Shown here in pieces: positions 24,119-38,529 of a stretch of 63,008 nucleotides of DNA. The stretch comes from Ancylonema sp. (taxonomy: Eukaryota). The translations under genes and the position numbers were made by a program. The notes below the pieces were generated by a model. The model ran no database searches, was not told the origin of the DNA, and saw only the letters and a program-made list of their open reading frames with translations. The stretch's first letter is position 1; every line of letters begins with the position of its first letter. The stretch spans positions 1-63,008 of the forward strand of contig JBFLGF010000206.1 in NCBI GenBank assembly GCA_050230475.1, written 5' to 3'.

Positions 24119-27100
24119 TCACGTCAATGCCGGAATGGTTGCCAAGCACTCATACACTCGGCTCATGCGAGTGGTAAGCATGAGTTTGTGGTCCACGGAC
24201 AGTCCAGGACGCGCAATGTCTTCCAAATCCTCTTGTAACCTGCCAAGCCAACCCGGGGAGAAACCCAACTCCATTCTTTCAACCTCATTGTCACAAACCA
24301 CCCTCTCACATGCCACACTTGATCATGAGTTGCTTTGTGAGTTCGTATAGCAATATATTATGTATCAGTGTAGGAAATCCCTTCATTACAAATCAGTATG
24401 ATCATATGTCAATATATAAAAAATCATTCATCAATATAATTAACATCATATCTACTTTTACATAGTAGGAGGCAGTCCACCAGGTTTCCCTTCAACATTG
24501 GTTCAAAATGACCTCACATATTGAGCTGTCTCTAATCTGGCTGCATATAGCACCAACTTTCCATTCGCCTGCTTTATGGATCACCCTGCCCTCCCCCTCC
24601 CCCTTCTCCCTCACCTGGACCACTCTCCCAGCGCTTCCGCCTTCCAGCGAATGAGCAGATACAGTTTATGTAACGCGTATACCAGCTGGCCGACTCCAGC
24701 TGCGGTTGGCACACTCGCCCCCTGCACAAGGACAGCCCAGAGTCATTGTACAGTCATAAGCCCAGAGCCCAGAGCCATCGGGCCAGCCCAGAGCCCTGGA
24801 TTACCTACGGGTTGTGCTTGGTGGGACAGGGAGTGTAGGGTTTCGATCATTCTCATTAGGGTCACAAAAGTGACTGTACGTGGGAAAAGGGATACCTGAG
24901 GTACCCTTCAAAACCCTGGTACTATGTACCGTAGAACAAGACAAAGAAGTCGTCTGTTTGTCCTATTTCCGAATCGACTCGCATCGGTACCTGTCCCCGG
25001 TCCCTTACCGTGCCCGATTTATTTCCCATGACGTTGTTGATGAGTGTCCTCTCCACGTCGGCCAGCAACATTCTCCGCTGCATTTGAGCCGCCCTCCCAC
25101 GCCCCTCCTCTCCTCGGCCACTCTGTACGACCAGACAACACACAGCAGACAGCAAACACTCTTCTCTCTCTTTTTTTTTATTTTAATACCTGGGCATCGA
25201 ATGGAAGCCTCACTCAGTAACAATAAGAGGGGAACAGCGACAGTGTTTTCATGAAATTTCTGTGATCAAGTCTTCTTTTCGTTTTTTTCTTTCGCGAGAC
25301 TACAATGATTGTTCCCAGCCAGACGTATCTCCAATACCTAGTGACAAACTGATACAGTCACACCTGTCTAAATGAATTTGTGGCAATCAGTACCCTGTCT
25401 AATACAAAAGATAAGTATCGGCCCGATTTCGCTCATTTCCTCCTGAAACCTGAAAAGAAGCTATATAGACAATTATCAATATGAACAATTACCTGTCTAC
25501 CTCAACATCTTCCTCCCTCCCAATATTCCTTTAGACAGGGGGCCAATTTCTGTGACCATCCAATCCTAATAAGCCAAAAAACCTGTTTTCAAATTGACCC
25601 TTGTCATGTTCCAATTCCGCTCCTGAAAGACACACAGCCACAGTGGGGGAGGTGACGGAACGCTACCTGGTAGAGCGCATACTGGCGAGCCAGGGCAAAT
25701 ATTCCTATGCTGACTAGGACGGCTGGAAGGGCTGCCAGCACAGCGAAGTTGATTTCATTGGACCGCAGGATTTGGTCCATCTCCAGCATGGCCCTGCCAG
25801 GTGGCAATGAAAAGGGACACGTAACAGGTCAGGAGAAGATAAAATAAAAGGTTTGTCTGTCCTTCATTTCACTTAAAAAAAGAAAATGAAGGACAGACAG
25901 AGGCCACCAAGGGACACTAGTTTCTGATATTTTATCCTGCATTTGCACTTGCACTGACATTGAAAACCGATGTTTATATATATATATATTTATATTGTCA
26001 TATATTTTTATTTGTTATATATATATATATATGTTTATATATTCATTCGCCTCACACAGGCATGCGTGTTTTATGCGCCACAACGCCAGGGCATTTGTGG
26101 GAATGAGGCAGAAGTATGTGGTCAGTGTACTGGTGTGTAACCCCCCTTATATTCAGACCTCAAAGAAAAACATTACAAACAACTATTTATTCAACGGAAC
26201 GGTTCTGAGATTCTTTCGAGGTGTCCTATATCGAATGCTATCTAAATCAGGAGGATCACTTGGTGCACAGAATACATTTTCCGTGCTTTTCTTGTTCATT
26301 TTGTGTAGGTTATGGAGCGGCCTCACGTCTCCATGTCAAGCTTCAGTTTTTGCACCTGCCATCATCCCTCCCACCGACCAACATATCCGACCAAGTAAGC
26401 AGAGGCACCAGGCCTGGCCAGGCTGCAAACCAAACTATGTTTTTTATTCAGGAGATAAACAAGCAGTGTAGTGGCAATCTCATGAGAATGACAATATTTG
26501 CGTTTTCCCCCCCCCCTACTACTTTACTTTTGTACGTTGTGTAGATGACAACTGGATGAAGCGGCGAATTTCATGAATGTGATGTGGCTTGATGTTACAT
26601 TATGGTTTGTGATGTATATCTCACAGAACTGAGTGCTCACTCTGATCCGACTCCTTTTGCCTCTATTCTGTAACGAATTCCTACACATCTGAATCGACCT
26701 GCCCAACTATGTAGCTTGTAGAGCAGAAATGCAAAAATAAACAGAAAGATAAAGAAAGAACGGAAAGAAAAGTTAATTTGAGGCTCACTTGTATTAGCAT
26801 GGATCGCATGAGATCTCCTCCCATGAGGGACCTCACAGGATGCGCCACCTGGTGCTCGTACTTGTTCTGCCAGGTGGCAGACGGAGAAGAAAGCAGGGGA
26901 AAAGAAGCAACAGATGTAGGCGCAGGGACGGACAGACAGCACTTCATAGTAAACACTCTCAGAAAGATGTCACCTCATTGTCTTTATTATTTGTGATTTA
27001 TAATTCATAATAAAATAATTTAAAAAAAGAAAGATAAAACTTCACTAAATTAGTCGTGACAGAGTTGTGGTGCCAAGCTTGCAACGGAGAGGGGAAGTGG

Positions 27101-30100
27101 AAAGTAGCGGGGAGAGTGAGAATCATGATGCATCGTACCATCATTATTTCCATCAGTTGTTGATCTGACGCGTCCGGCCCACTGCTGCCCGGCGCCACCT
27201 CAGACGCACACGACTCGAGCATCCTGCAGCAGGAGGCAGAAAGAAAATAGAATAAGATTGTCGATAGGATGCAAGATCGATAGAAATGATGTACGATTGA
27301 CGGCTGCTTTCCAGACAAACACAGGAATCAACATCTCAAAACGCATGACTTATTATTCTTATAAAAAAACAAACAAACAAACAAACAAACAAACAAACAA
27401 AAACAAGGAGTATAATGCTCTTTCTGCTGGAATGAGTAGAAGACAACATACCAACACATGCAGCATTCCTTTTTGACAGAGGGCGGTCTCTGAAAGCCTA
27501 AAATGAGCGACACCCTATTTTCTGCCTGTCTTCCCCCTCTCCCCCTCCCCCTCCGTGTGTACCTCCTGAGCGAGTCTGCAGTTAGCCTCACTTCTTGCGC
27601 CTCGGCCACACTGCTGGGGCGCTGACGGAAGGTCTCAAACAAATCCGCGCGGATCTGCATCAACTAAATTGAGAAAGAAAAGGGAGAGAGTGTCAGGGAC
27701 CTGTGGAAAATCCAAAAAGAAACAAAAAAGTATTATAAGAAACTACTGTGATGGACTGGCGCGGCGACCTCTGCAGCTCATGAAGTATACCTTCATACCC
27801 AGGCCATTGACCTTCAGCAAGCCGCCTTCTGAAACAACTAGAAATGGATTAAAAATAACTACTTCTCTCGATTGAGTTTTTCATGGGGTTGTTGTGTATG
27901 GCCATGGATCTGAATCAATTCAGTACATCAACAAGAAAAAGAGCCCAAAAAAAAGAAAGAAATTGATCCGTACCGGATTCCACGCATGGTCTCTCACGAA
28001 CACTCTCACAGCCTCCGGTCCTTCCTCACTCCACTTCTCTAGGTGGTCGCTGCCGTTCAGTCGGCTGTGGCGAATGAGCCAAGTGGAGGCCAGAGCTAAT
28101 CCCGCCCCTGCAGCAGCGTACCGCAGCCAATAGCGAGCCACCTTGCTGGGCTCTTCATAATAAGACACCTGGACACAACATGATCTAGCAATAATCAAGG
28201 GACGATGCATACATATACATATACATATACGTATACATATTCATATACATAAACATGTAGATATACATTTACATGTACATATACCTATACATATCCATAT
28301 ACATATCCATATACATGTATACATATAGACATGCATACATACATGCACATATATATTTTATACAATAGATATGCATGTACTTTATAAATATACTATGATG
28401 TAACATAATATTATATATACATAGACTATATATATAGATAAATATAAACATATGTTTGTGTATGGGATCAGAAAGTACTGACGGAAATAGTCCACACGAA
28501 GCGAATACAGTGCCACATACCACCAGATATTGACTGCCACCATTGACCCCATTGCTACTGCACGCAAGAAGTGATTCTGTTCTGCAACGTACCAATGCAG
28601 ACACGAATATTTGGATGGACTGCGCGTCGCGTCCAAGTGCCTCTGTCAGGTCCCCGATTCTGTGCTCCACGGAGGCCTTCCCATTAGTTGGGGTCCGCTC
28701 CTCCAGCTTCAGGACGGAGGTGGAGGTGGAGGTGGAGGAGAGGTGGGCGTTGGTCCCAACTGCATACCCACTCTGGCACAGGGAGGTGAACAATGAGGAA
28801 CAGGAGGTGGCAAGGAGGTGGGGGAAGATGGGAAAGAGAGGAAGGGAGAGGGAAGGAGGGAGGACGGGAGGGAGGGAGGGAGAGAGGAAGGGAGGGATGG
28901 AGGGAGAGGGAGGGAGAGGGGGAGGGCAAGAGGGGGCAGTGACGGTCTCCAGACGCGAAAGTGATGATGATTTCTGCCATCTACGGGCTTTATTGGCTGA
29001 TGTGCATGTTGCTGCAATAAGGCAAAGCTTGAGCTGCTTTCCAACCTTGTGCGGTATAGAAATCGTTGCATGTTGGAAGTGCCTGACAGGTCACTACCGC
29101 AGATGGCGTGATAAATGAAATTGCATGTTATTTTATTATTATTACGGCGCAGCACCACAGCAGCAGGAGCGTGATGAGCCTCACCTGGGGCAGATGATAA
29201 GAGCCTTCCAGCGACTGAAGAGATGACAGGGTTTGCTCAAGGACTGTTAGGAGGAGATTCGGCAGCAGATCTTTCGATTCCGTGAGCTTCTCAACATTGA
29301 GATACATCTGGGCAGACTCCGATGCGAAAAAAAGCTCCATTAGGTCTTTTTGGAAAGGTTGATTCTGAGATGCGCACAGACGAAGGTTATCGAAAGAGGA
29401 GCAGAAGGCAATCAGAACAGAGGGTGACTGACCGGGCAACGCCTGACATTGCAAGGCACTGCATCCCCGTTTATGAATTTTGTGACTTATTCTCGTTTTG
29501 TGAGCTACGGAGAGAGACAGCCATAAAACCGATCGTGTGACCTGATGCAAATGGTTTCTTTGGTAGATTTTTTGCGAGAGGCTTGAAGAAGTTGAGCATT
29601 GTCAAAGCTAAGCATTATCAAAATACAGTCTACCACAAAAACTAACGCCTTTTATACTACTTCTATCAATTCACCTGCCCAATCACTGTGAGAAGCTGGT
29701 TTTGCAGCGATCGTAAAAACGCGACTCGCTGTGAAATGTTTTCTTCGGCTCGATGTGTCAGATTCAAGGTCTCCTCGGAGGGGGAGATGAAGGAACTCGC
29801 AAGCATAACTGCATTTACAGCTAGCGCCCAGGGTCCCCTCTCGAAGACCATCAACCGCAGCTGTCTTTCAGGAGATGCCTGCGTGAATGTGATTGTGAAC
29901 AAAATGAGGAGAAATGACTGGGTAACAACGACGAAAATTTCACTGAATGGTGTATTAGTTTGATATATTATGTAATCATGCGTTACTGCCATGTTGCAGT
30001 ATTGCATACTGTAACCACCAGAAATCAGGAGGGTTCTTGCGAGTACTCGGGGGTCATACGGTTTTCTCTAGCGAAGGGGATGAATGCAATACTTTCAAGT

Positions 30101-30614
30101 TGTAGCACAAGCATGCACAGGATGTTTTATATTATGTTACTGCGATGGCATTACCTTATGGAGCTGTTCCCAGAAATGAAGCCGCTTGCTGACAAGGTGG
30201 ACACTGTCAAGAAGCTTTTGTGCCGAAATTTGAATTCCACTCAGGGCCTCATTGCAGACCCTGGCGACCGCCCTACATTCGCAAAAAATGCAAAAGAGAC
30301 TCAAGACGGTTAGTAAGGTGTCTCATTTATGGCTGGTTACACTGAAGTTCCTTCCAAAGACGATTAGAAATAAATGGCAATTCTGAGAACAAAGGATGCC
30401 TGATTCACAGCAAACATAAGCCGGAGGGAGAATTTTAAAAATAAATAAATCAATGAAAATCGTATATGAACTATAAAACTATGAAAATCGTAAAATATAT
30501 ACAAAATCTGTCGTTATACCTAGAATCAGCTGAGAGTGTCTGACTGCCGATCTGTTGCAGCAGCTCAACTCGCCAAGAGTCTCTCAGAACGGGCACAGTG
30601 ACGATGGGGGCCAT
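24119..30614 (-). CDS. DGS1: DGS1 / NCA2-domain mitochondrial outer-membrane protein, many exons
   Basis: Exon peptides match plant DGS1: LHFWEQ, MVFERGP, RYWLRY..WLIRHSRLNGS, IRADLFETFRQR, KYEHQVAHPVRSLMGGDLMRSMLIQ-VQKLKLDME-AMLEMDQILRSNEINFAVLAALPA, GQLVYALHKLY, C-terminal RMSRVYECL. The start codon at 30614 is inferred. Confidence 0.88.
28208..28455. repeat. (CATATA/TACA)n microsatellite in a DGS1 intron
   Basis: Direct reading of the sequence. Confidence 0.85.
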
Positions 30615-31120
30615 TCTGTAAAAGTAGTCGTTTGGTCGGATTAAAAACACATGGAGTACAAAATTTGTACTCCGTAAGATCAGCGAGCCCAGAACGGGTT
30701 GTGCTGGTTCCACCAGTCAAATAAAAATATCCAGCTCATTGATCAGAGCCTAACCCTGTCAGATAATACTGCGGGTAATCACGGTCGGCTCCACAAATTA
30801 GCAGCCTGATCAGGCTTCGGTCCTCGAAGATGTGTGTAAGATCCGGAAGCAGTCTATGCCCGAGCTGAAACGGAGGAGCGCACTTGTGCTTGCCTCGTCA
30901 ACGAGGCTCCGACTTCTTCTGTCCTGCACCTGTCCACGTGGCACACGTGGACAATGGGTTGCGGGATCCAACTTGGACTGCGGGCTCCCGACGCCCGCAG
31001 GGCTCCCCGACTTCGTGGAGCTGGGGCTGCTGTTTTTTTCGCAGCCCTACGCAACTCCCCACTGGAGCCCTACCCAGCCTCGCCAGCTCCAGCCCAGCCC
31101 CGTCTAGCCCCATGTCAGAA

Positions 31121-31931
31121 GGGAGATGTTACGCGCAGACTCGTAACGACTGCGCGCAGACGAAATCCTGCCCGCAGAATGCGTAATCGCGCCCAGTCGG
31201 CCGTTCTCGTACCGGCTGGTGATTTGGCCGTTCGAAACTTGCCGTCAAAATTAATCAGATAACCCGGACTGCACACGTGTAAGAATATTGCCACATCAGC
31301 GAAGCATGAGGTTCGGTAGCCTCCCTTTTCCACTCAATTCGGCCTTTACTGCACCCTAATGCTACTAGCGGACCTTCCACTGCTATGTCATCCGCAGCCC
31401 TTCAATTTAACCGACCTGAGCGAATATGCCACCAAATTTAAAGCGGAGACACGCTGTGTGATCCCACATTCAAATTACATTGAGGAAAAAAAACGCAAAA
31501 TAATTTTGATGCCATAATGTAGCACAGCATATGAAACAATAATATGGCAAGAAAGCGCGCGCGAACAGCATAACAGGAAGGATTTTTTTTTTTTTTTTTT
31601 TTTTTTTTTGCGGAATATACAGAAGAATTTCATAGAAACATACTCCTCGTGAAATTTTGAAGAAAGGTGGGGTATGCACTCGATGCGGATAAATCGTGGC
31701 TGCCAAGGAAGGTAGTAAAGAGAGCGAATCGGGAGAGGCCGTCGGTCGGATGAAGCTGGTTCACGTACAGCGGCAATTATGCCACGATAAACCGAGATAC
31801 TACCAAAGATTCACGCCAACATCGATTTTACGGGTAGTACCGGGAGAGTCCGGGTAGTTCGACGGCAAGTTTTACCGGCCGGTACCCTTAGTCTGCACGC
31901 AGTTGTTACTAGTCTGCGCGTAACATCTCCC
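31121..31931. mobile_element. Mutator-like MITE
   Basis: ~41-bp TIR GGGAGATGTTACGCGCAGACTCGTAACGACTGCGCGCAGAC with an inverted copy at 31892-31931 (3 mismatches). Exact 9-bp TSD ATGTCAGAA at 31112-31120 and 31932-31940. G-initial TIR plus 9-bp TSD is the MULE signature. Confidence 0.88.
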
Positions 31932-32089
31932 ATGTCAGAACAGTGGGCGGGGTCTGCTGCACTCGTGCTGGGCTGGCGTTGTCTGCTGGGCGGAGCTGCC
32001 ATGTTTCTCGTCAAACAAATGGCAGTGACGTCTGGTGTACAGTAATTGAGCTCGCTCCTGAGCAAATTGAGACTTAGTGGTTCTGTGCG

Positions 32090-35000
32090 ATGTCTGCAAC
32101 TGTATCGATCAATACTAGACGCCTTGAGCTGAGGGCTGCTGTCGAAGACTTGCGTGATAGGGGCCTGTACGCAGCTGCCAAGTGGTGAGAGAACTGCGGT
32201 TGCTGCTAAGACATTCCCTGGTCGTAGTCACACGTTGTTGCAATTGTTGCAAGGTAGCGCTGATTTGCATATACGGTGAGAGCTCTAAGTTACGTCAAGG
32301 GCTGGTAGAGAACGGGAAAATGCTGTAGCCGTTGATCCCTACTCTGTTAGGTGTAATATACGTCTCACTGAAGGGCCTTCGTTGATGGAGGAAAGCTTAA
32401 CAGCAGAAGCATCTAACACCTACTTAACAGTCTCTGCCTTCTATCATTTTAGATCGTTTTTTCCGGTTTCCATTTCCCTGATGTGTGACCCCTTATTATT
32501 GTAGGGCTGCAGAACAGCTTGTTGGTTTACCCAAGACTGCCCAGTCGGAAATTCATGCTGCCCAACCACATGCAACTCCCGCTGAGGGCACGGCTGCAGA
32601 CGCTGGGGGAGCAGCTGCTAGCCCTGGGACCGGAGACCGTCATAGTGACGCCAACGAGCTAGAGGTCGCAGATGAAGTGGTTCTTGGCAAGACCTTCTTC
32701 GATGTGCGTGAGTACAGAAGAGCAGCTCATGTGTTAAAAGGATGTACCAGTGGCAAGGGCTTCTTCCTACGCTGCCATGCCCTCTATCTGGTAAGACAGG
32801 AGAACTATGGGCAGGCCTGAGGAACTCTTCTGGCAGTACGGATGCAATACCATGAAACTTATGAACGAGGATCCGGGTCGAATGATAAGAGTGCTGTCTG
32901 TTTTCTCATTACGTAATGTTGAGCTGTGTGATAATTTCCCTGGTGGCCTTCCTAGTTCAGAAATTGGTTGACAAAGCAGTTCGCATTTTCATTTCCAAGC
33001 TTCTTGTTACTGTAGCAAGGCGTAGGAAGCCTAGAGTCATTAGCCGTTCACCGCCATTATTTGGCATAAGAGGACAATTCAAATATTATTTATTGCATTG
33101 TGAGATGTAATCAGCACCTCAGGGGTCACCTCAATGTATGTGTTTGGTCAATACACTTGGTCATGGAGGAGTCATGCCGATAGAGCCATCAAATTTGGAC
33201 CTCATTACTATATCGACCATTAAGTTGATTCGAGCTGCTGTCTGCATGTCTGCTGATAGGCTGGTGAGAAACGCAAGGAGGAGGAGATAATAGAAAATGA
33301 CGGCCCTCTGGGACGAGGAGGTGCCACAAACGAAGAGGCTCCTGCGTTGGAACTGTTGCTTCGTACCAAGTTTGAAGAAGGGGCCCTTGATGCCTTTGGC
33401 CTTTTCGTGTACGGCCGCGTGCTGCGGGACAGGGAGAGGAAGGAGGAAGCAAGGGACGTGCTTTGTGCCAGTGTGAATGACTACCCTTGGACCTGGACCG
33501 CGTGGATGGACTTACAGGTATGCAGAGCGACTCCGGTTTTACAGATCTGTTTACATGACCCTTGCTCAATGGGCCGTGGTTGCTATGGCGTGGATGCACT
33601 CCTTCCACTATATTTGGACTGGTTTGCCAGATCGTATCATTTAAAACTTTTGTTTGCACTGTAACCAGTCACAACTTTCAGTCCAGGCACGATACAGCTT
33701 TGTCCTGTCATGATTTTTACACACAAACGTGTCAACCACTCCTTGAGATGAACCTCAGGTGTGTTTCTCTCCGTGGCAAACACACAAGCACTGGTAACAA
33801 GATTTCACTGAACGAATCAGAGACTAGCACAGAGCTCACAAGCATCCTTCAGGCTGTTTTTAGTATATGACACAAAAGGTTCCAGGAACCGAAATCGAAG
33901 TCTCACCTTGGAAATGACTTCACTTCTTTCCAGATGTTTTTTCACACGGGCATGCGACTGCTGGTCCCCGACGCTTACAATTCTTCTTTTTCCGCAATTT
34001 CCAGGAACTTTGTACGGACAGCAACATCCTGCAGGCAGTTTTGTCACAATTGGACCACCACTGGATTCGCTCTTTCTTCGAAGCCTCCGTGCTTCTAGAT
34101 CTGCACAAAAACGCAGAGGGTCTGGCTCTGTACCGGACCCTCCAGTCCGAGTTTCCGACCAGCAAGTACTTGACGGCGCAGGTGGCAGTGGCTCACTACA
34201 ACATGAGGGAGTATGACGCTTCCGAAACGCAGTTTGAGACGTTGGTGAAGACGGATCCGTTCCGAATTGAGCACATGGACGTGTACTCGAACATCCTCTA
34301 TGTCAAGGAGAGCGCGGCGTATCTCAGCTTTCTGGCACACAAGGTGATGCTTTACTCCACTCTTGCGGTACCCTCCTGGTTGGCTCGATCATCATCACTG
34401 GAAGAGTCGTAAGAGTGCCTTGATGCAAATTGAAAGCGACATCAAAATACTCTGGTGAAGTTTGGGCACCAATAGCTCATGGCTGTTGTGGATGACACAT
34501 AGGTGTACCCTGTATGGGACCCTGTATGTACTCTGTGTGTACCCTGTATGTACCCTGTATGTACCCTGTATGGGACCCTGTATGTACCCTGTACGTTCTT
34601 ACGTACTCTTGGCATGCCGGATGCATGCCAGATGTAGTACACGGGAAGTGGTGCTGAACGCTCAAGCGAAGATAAAGATTCTGGAAGAAATGGTCACCGA
34701 AATGACAACAAATTGACATGCCTGTTTGTGTGTTCTGTACCTTATGCTCAGCTCAGCCCATTCCAGTAGGCGCGTAGCCTAGAGTGGAGTGTAGAGAGAA
34801 ACACACCGTCATTGGGTCTCCCTCGCTGATCACACACCTCAAACACTCGCTGGATGCAAACCTTCTGCATCCCCTTTGCCACCCGTTCTCCACCATGCTT
34901 CAGTCTAATCTAACTCAAAGAACAAATGACACTGTATCATCGGCCATCCGATCGCAACAGCTCCAAGCCGACAATTTTTGACCTGGTCTCTCCCTCTCGT

Positions 35001-37014
35001 GCCTCTTTCCCTTCTCCTCCAGGCTGTCCTGATCGACAAATACTGCCCCGAAACGTGCTGTATCATTGGGAACTACTACTCCCTCAAGTCGCAGCACGAG
35101 AAGGCGGTCCAGTACTTCAAGCGCGCGCTGAAACTGAACCGCAACTACCTGTCCGCCTGGACGCTCATAGGCCACGAGTACGTGGAGCTCAAAAACTCGC
35201 CCGCTGCCATTGACTGCTACAGACGGGCGGTGGACATCAATCCGAGGGACTATCGGGCGTGGTACGGGCTCGGGCAGACGTACGAGATTCTGGGGATGCC
35301 TTACTACGCTCTCTACTACTACAGGTACCACTGGTGTGCAGCCTCTCTTCTATTACTTACAGAGCGTCTGGCCTCTTTTCCTGTGTCCATTTTACTGTGG
35401 TGGACATGCTATTTTTCGAGGTAGGTGACTGAATGCGGCTGTACTCAATTTAACAAACGTTATGTACTGTCTGGGGGGTAGTGATATACTTTTCGGGACC
35501 CCCTCCACCAACCCCAAAAATCCCCAACAATCTGGATCTTAGGATAGTCATATTTTTTGCTTTCAAAGGACGTTGTATGTCCGGTTGTCACCAAGTCGGA
35601 TAGTGCAAAGGAATGAGAATATCGTCAGAGACGAAGCTCCTCCTTCCTGCCATCCATCCAGCCCCCACGTTTTCACAAACCGCCATGAGGTCCTAGAACG
35701 TATCGTAACCCAACAACCGTCTCCCCTCCTCTCTCCCCACCCCGCCCACTTCCCCAGACGCGCCACCGAGCTGCGTTCAGAAGACCCCCGCATGTGGGTC
35801 GCCCTCGGGCAGTGCTACGAAAGCGGGGGCCTGGAGGAGCACGACGCCGCCATCCGCTGCTACGAACGGGCGGTGAAGAACAACGACCGGGAGGGGATCG
35901 CACTCTCCAAGCTGGCCAAGCTGCATGCCGAGTTGGGGCATGCGGAGCAGGCGGCCATGTACTACAGGTGGGAAATGGCTCCTTCTTTTTGAGGGTTTTT
36001 TTTGGGAGGCGGTTTGCTTCTTTGGGGTTGTTGTAACGAGGGTGGGGGGCTACGGTCTGTTTGAGGCGCTCGGTTTTCGGAGGTTCTGTTTGCAGAATTT
36101 GACAGAGTTGGCTATGTGGGAATGTGTGGCGCACTTTTGTCATATCCGTCGCTCTAGAAAGTATTTTCACTCGGAGGCAGTCGGACTTAGTCCTTTCACA
36201 CAAAAAAATCCAAGCATTACCCCCCATCCCTTTTATTTTTGAAACCTGTATTCTTGTCCAGAAAGAATTTGAAACGAATGGAAAGGGAACAGATTGAGGG
36301 CCAAGACACCACAGAGGCCCTCCTCTACGTCGCCACTTTTTTCAAGAATGAGGGACTGCTGGAGGAGGCGGAAAAATTGTGCACAAAGCTGCTTGACTAC
36401 GGTGGGACGGTATGTCCGGAACCTTTGTCCGTTTATGATACAGCAAACCTCTTTTTTTATTTCGTTCATTGTCATGGAGGTGCGGTTGGTTTGATGACTG
36501 GCATCACTTCTGGTTGACCAAGACGATGGTCTTAAAGTAATCTAGACTACGAATGTAGTCAATCCTTGATGTGAGAAACTTCATGCAGAGAAATTGGCAC
36601 TCGTAAGAAACTACTCTGCGTACTTGAAACATCAAAAAAACAAGAAGCATTCTTATTTGGGTTACAACAACAAAAAAAAAAAAAAAAAAAAAAAGGACAA
36701 AAAAAATGCGTTTTCTAGTTTTGTTTCTTGAACTTCCTAACACATGCAGGCTTTGATATGTGGAAATGAAAACGTTTTTTTTAAGTGGCAGAAAAGGAGA
36801 AGAGAAGGAATCTCTTTCTTGCTCAAATCTTGACCTGTGAACGGACTTTTGTCAGAACTGTGGTATCTCAAGTGCTCCATGGGTGCTATAATCATTTCAG
36901 GCAAAGGAGGATGGGAAGGCACTCCTTCGGGAGATACATTCCAAACAAGCACACACAAGAGGAGGGCAAGGCTCGAGCTCACCGCTTATGGACATGGCTG
37001 GGCACTCTCCTTAA
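32090..37014 (+). CDS. CDC23: Anaphase-promoting complex subunit 8 (TPR), 8 exons
   Basis: Phase-consistent exons 32090-32184, 32505-32790, 33260-33517, 34005-34343, 35023-35324, 35758-35967, 36262-36409, 36901-37014. Motifs [98 protein letters not shown]. Confidence 0.96.
34503..34594. repeat. Intronic minisatellite of 11-12-bp GTACCCTGTAT units
   Basis: Repeated GTACCCTGTAT / GGGACCCTGTAT. Confidence 0.85.
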
Positions 37015-37220
37015 CGAGGAGAAAGGGGTCGGACTTTTTGCGGAACTTGGTGTCTCAAGTCTTTTTAGAATTTAGACGCAGTCCTTGGTGACGTTGAACA
37101 TCGACGTTGCATGTGTTGATTTTAGCGTGTGACTTGACACCAAAGACATTTGTGTCCACAAGACGTGTTTCTCACTCATGCATCAAGGAACCTTGTTTCT
37201 GGTCTTGCTGTTCATAATAA

Positions 37221-37262
37221 AGATGATGATGATGAGGATGATGATAATGATGATGATGATGG

Positions 37263-37311
<49 letters not shown>

Positions 37312-37360
37312 AATGATGATGCTGATGATGATGCTGATGATGATGATGGTGATGATGATG
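37221..37360. repeat. (GAT)n trinucleotide tract downstream of APC8
   Basis: ~140 bp of mostly GAT triplets. Confidence 0.95.
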
Positions 37361-38529
37361 AGAATGGGTGATTGAGATTGCGTAGCTCTTCGCCCATTCT
37401 GAAGGAGCCAAGATGTCATCGCAAGCCACAAAACTTGCAAATTTTGTCGGAGGAGTCTCGTTTCTATAGTTGGTTCGCGAAGCCACTACCCTCTGATGCG
37501 TGTCGGAACCGGATAGTTCTTGATCCGGTTGAGAACCGGAACCGAAGGTATCCGAATAGATTGGCCCAAATAAGGGACGGCAAAAATAATATCATGCATG
37601 TAAAATCACTACATAGTGCACCCTCTAGAGGCACTCTGTGCCGATGCCCCTCAATGAAGGCACCTTATATTGAGGACGGATCCACAAAGCTTATGGAACT
37701 TAGAGATGGGATATTAGGCCCAAACGTGTCCTCCGATGAGTAATCGACCTACGACCCTCACTAGTGGTCACCCCTATCTTGCCATGTAGACAATGGATTC
37801 GAAAATTCCCAAAGTGGTCGACGATCGCCTACCAAACTTGGGGGAACTAGCCAATAAGTTTTGGTTATGGTGAACGCATGTCCAAAACTGTCTCCAAATT
37901 CGGGATCCCCAAGGTTGACCACGGTGGAGATTCACATGAGCGCAAAGACTTTTATATGCGCCACGTCATTCACACATGGAAGAGAATGCAACATCGTATC
38001 TTAGGAAGTTTACACAATTTGCCGCTAGAAGGATCCTAAAGAACCGCTTACAATAAAACATTATGAAGCCACAAAGGTATGACTAGTATATTATACACAA
38101 AGAAAACAAAGAACATGTGTGCAAGAAAGAATGAACGATTAGAGAAAAGAAGGATATTTGTGAATGGGATGCATGTATGTAATCACAACATGTCCTAGAC
38201 TAGCCAATCATTATTACTCTAATTGGTTGAAAATACTATTGCGTGTTGGGATGTTTTCAATAATAAAATCATTATGTTATGGCTGTGTATGTTTGACTTG
38301 TGGTTGGGTGTTGATAAAGAAATTACCTTCAAAGATGAAGTGCAAAAGAATTGATGAGCTTTGATTGCTTTGCAAGGGAGTGCCGCGATGGCTTGTGCCC
38401 CTCCTATTGTTTTATCACCTACAAGGAAATAGAGGAGAAAGAAAATAGTATTAGATTCGTTATCAATTAATTGCGGGAGAAACCAGATTGCTTTATACTG
38501 CATACAAAAGTTGTCACATACATGTACAA

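Noticed and set aside
28543..29158. Gly/Arg- and Pro-rich ORFs
   Set aside because: They derive from a GA-rich tract in a DGS1 intron and the antisense of a DGS1 exon.
37150..37486. Poly-Asp/His/Met/Ile/Ser ORFs
   Set aside because: They are frame readings of the (GAT)n tract downstream of the APC8 stop.
38380..38410. IGGAQAIAAL resembles a histidinol dehydrogenase motif
   Set aside because: Flanks do not match HisD and the duplicate copy reads EGAHAILAL, so this is probably chance.
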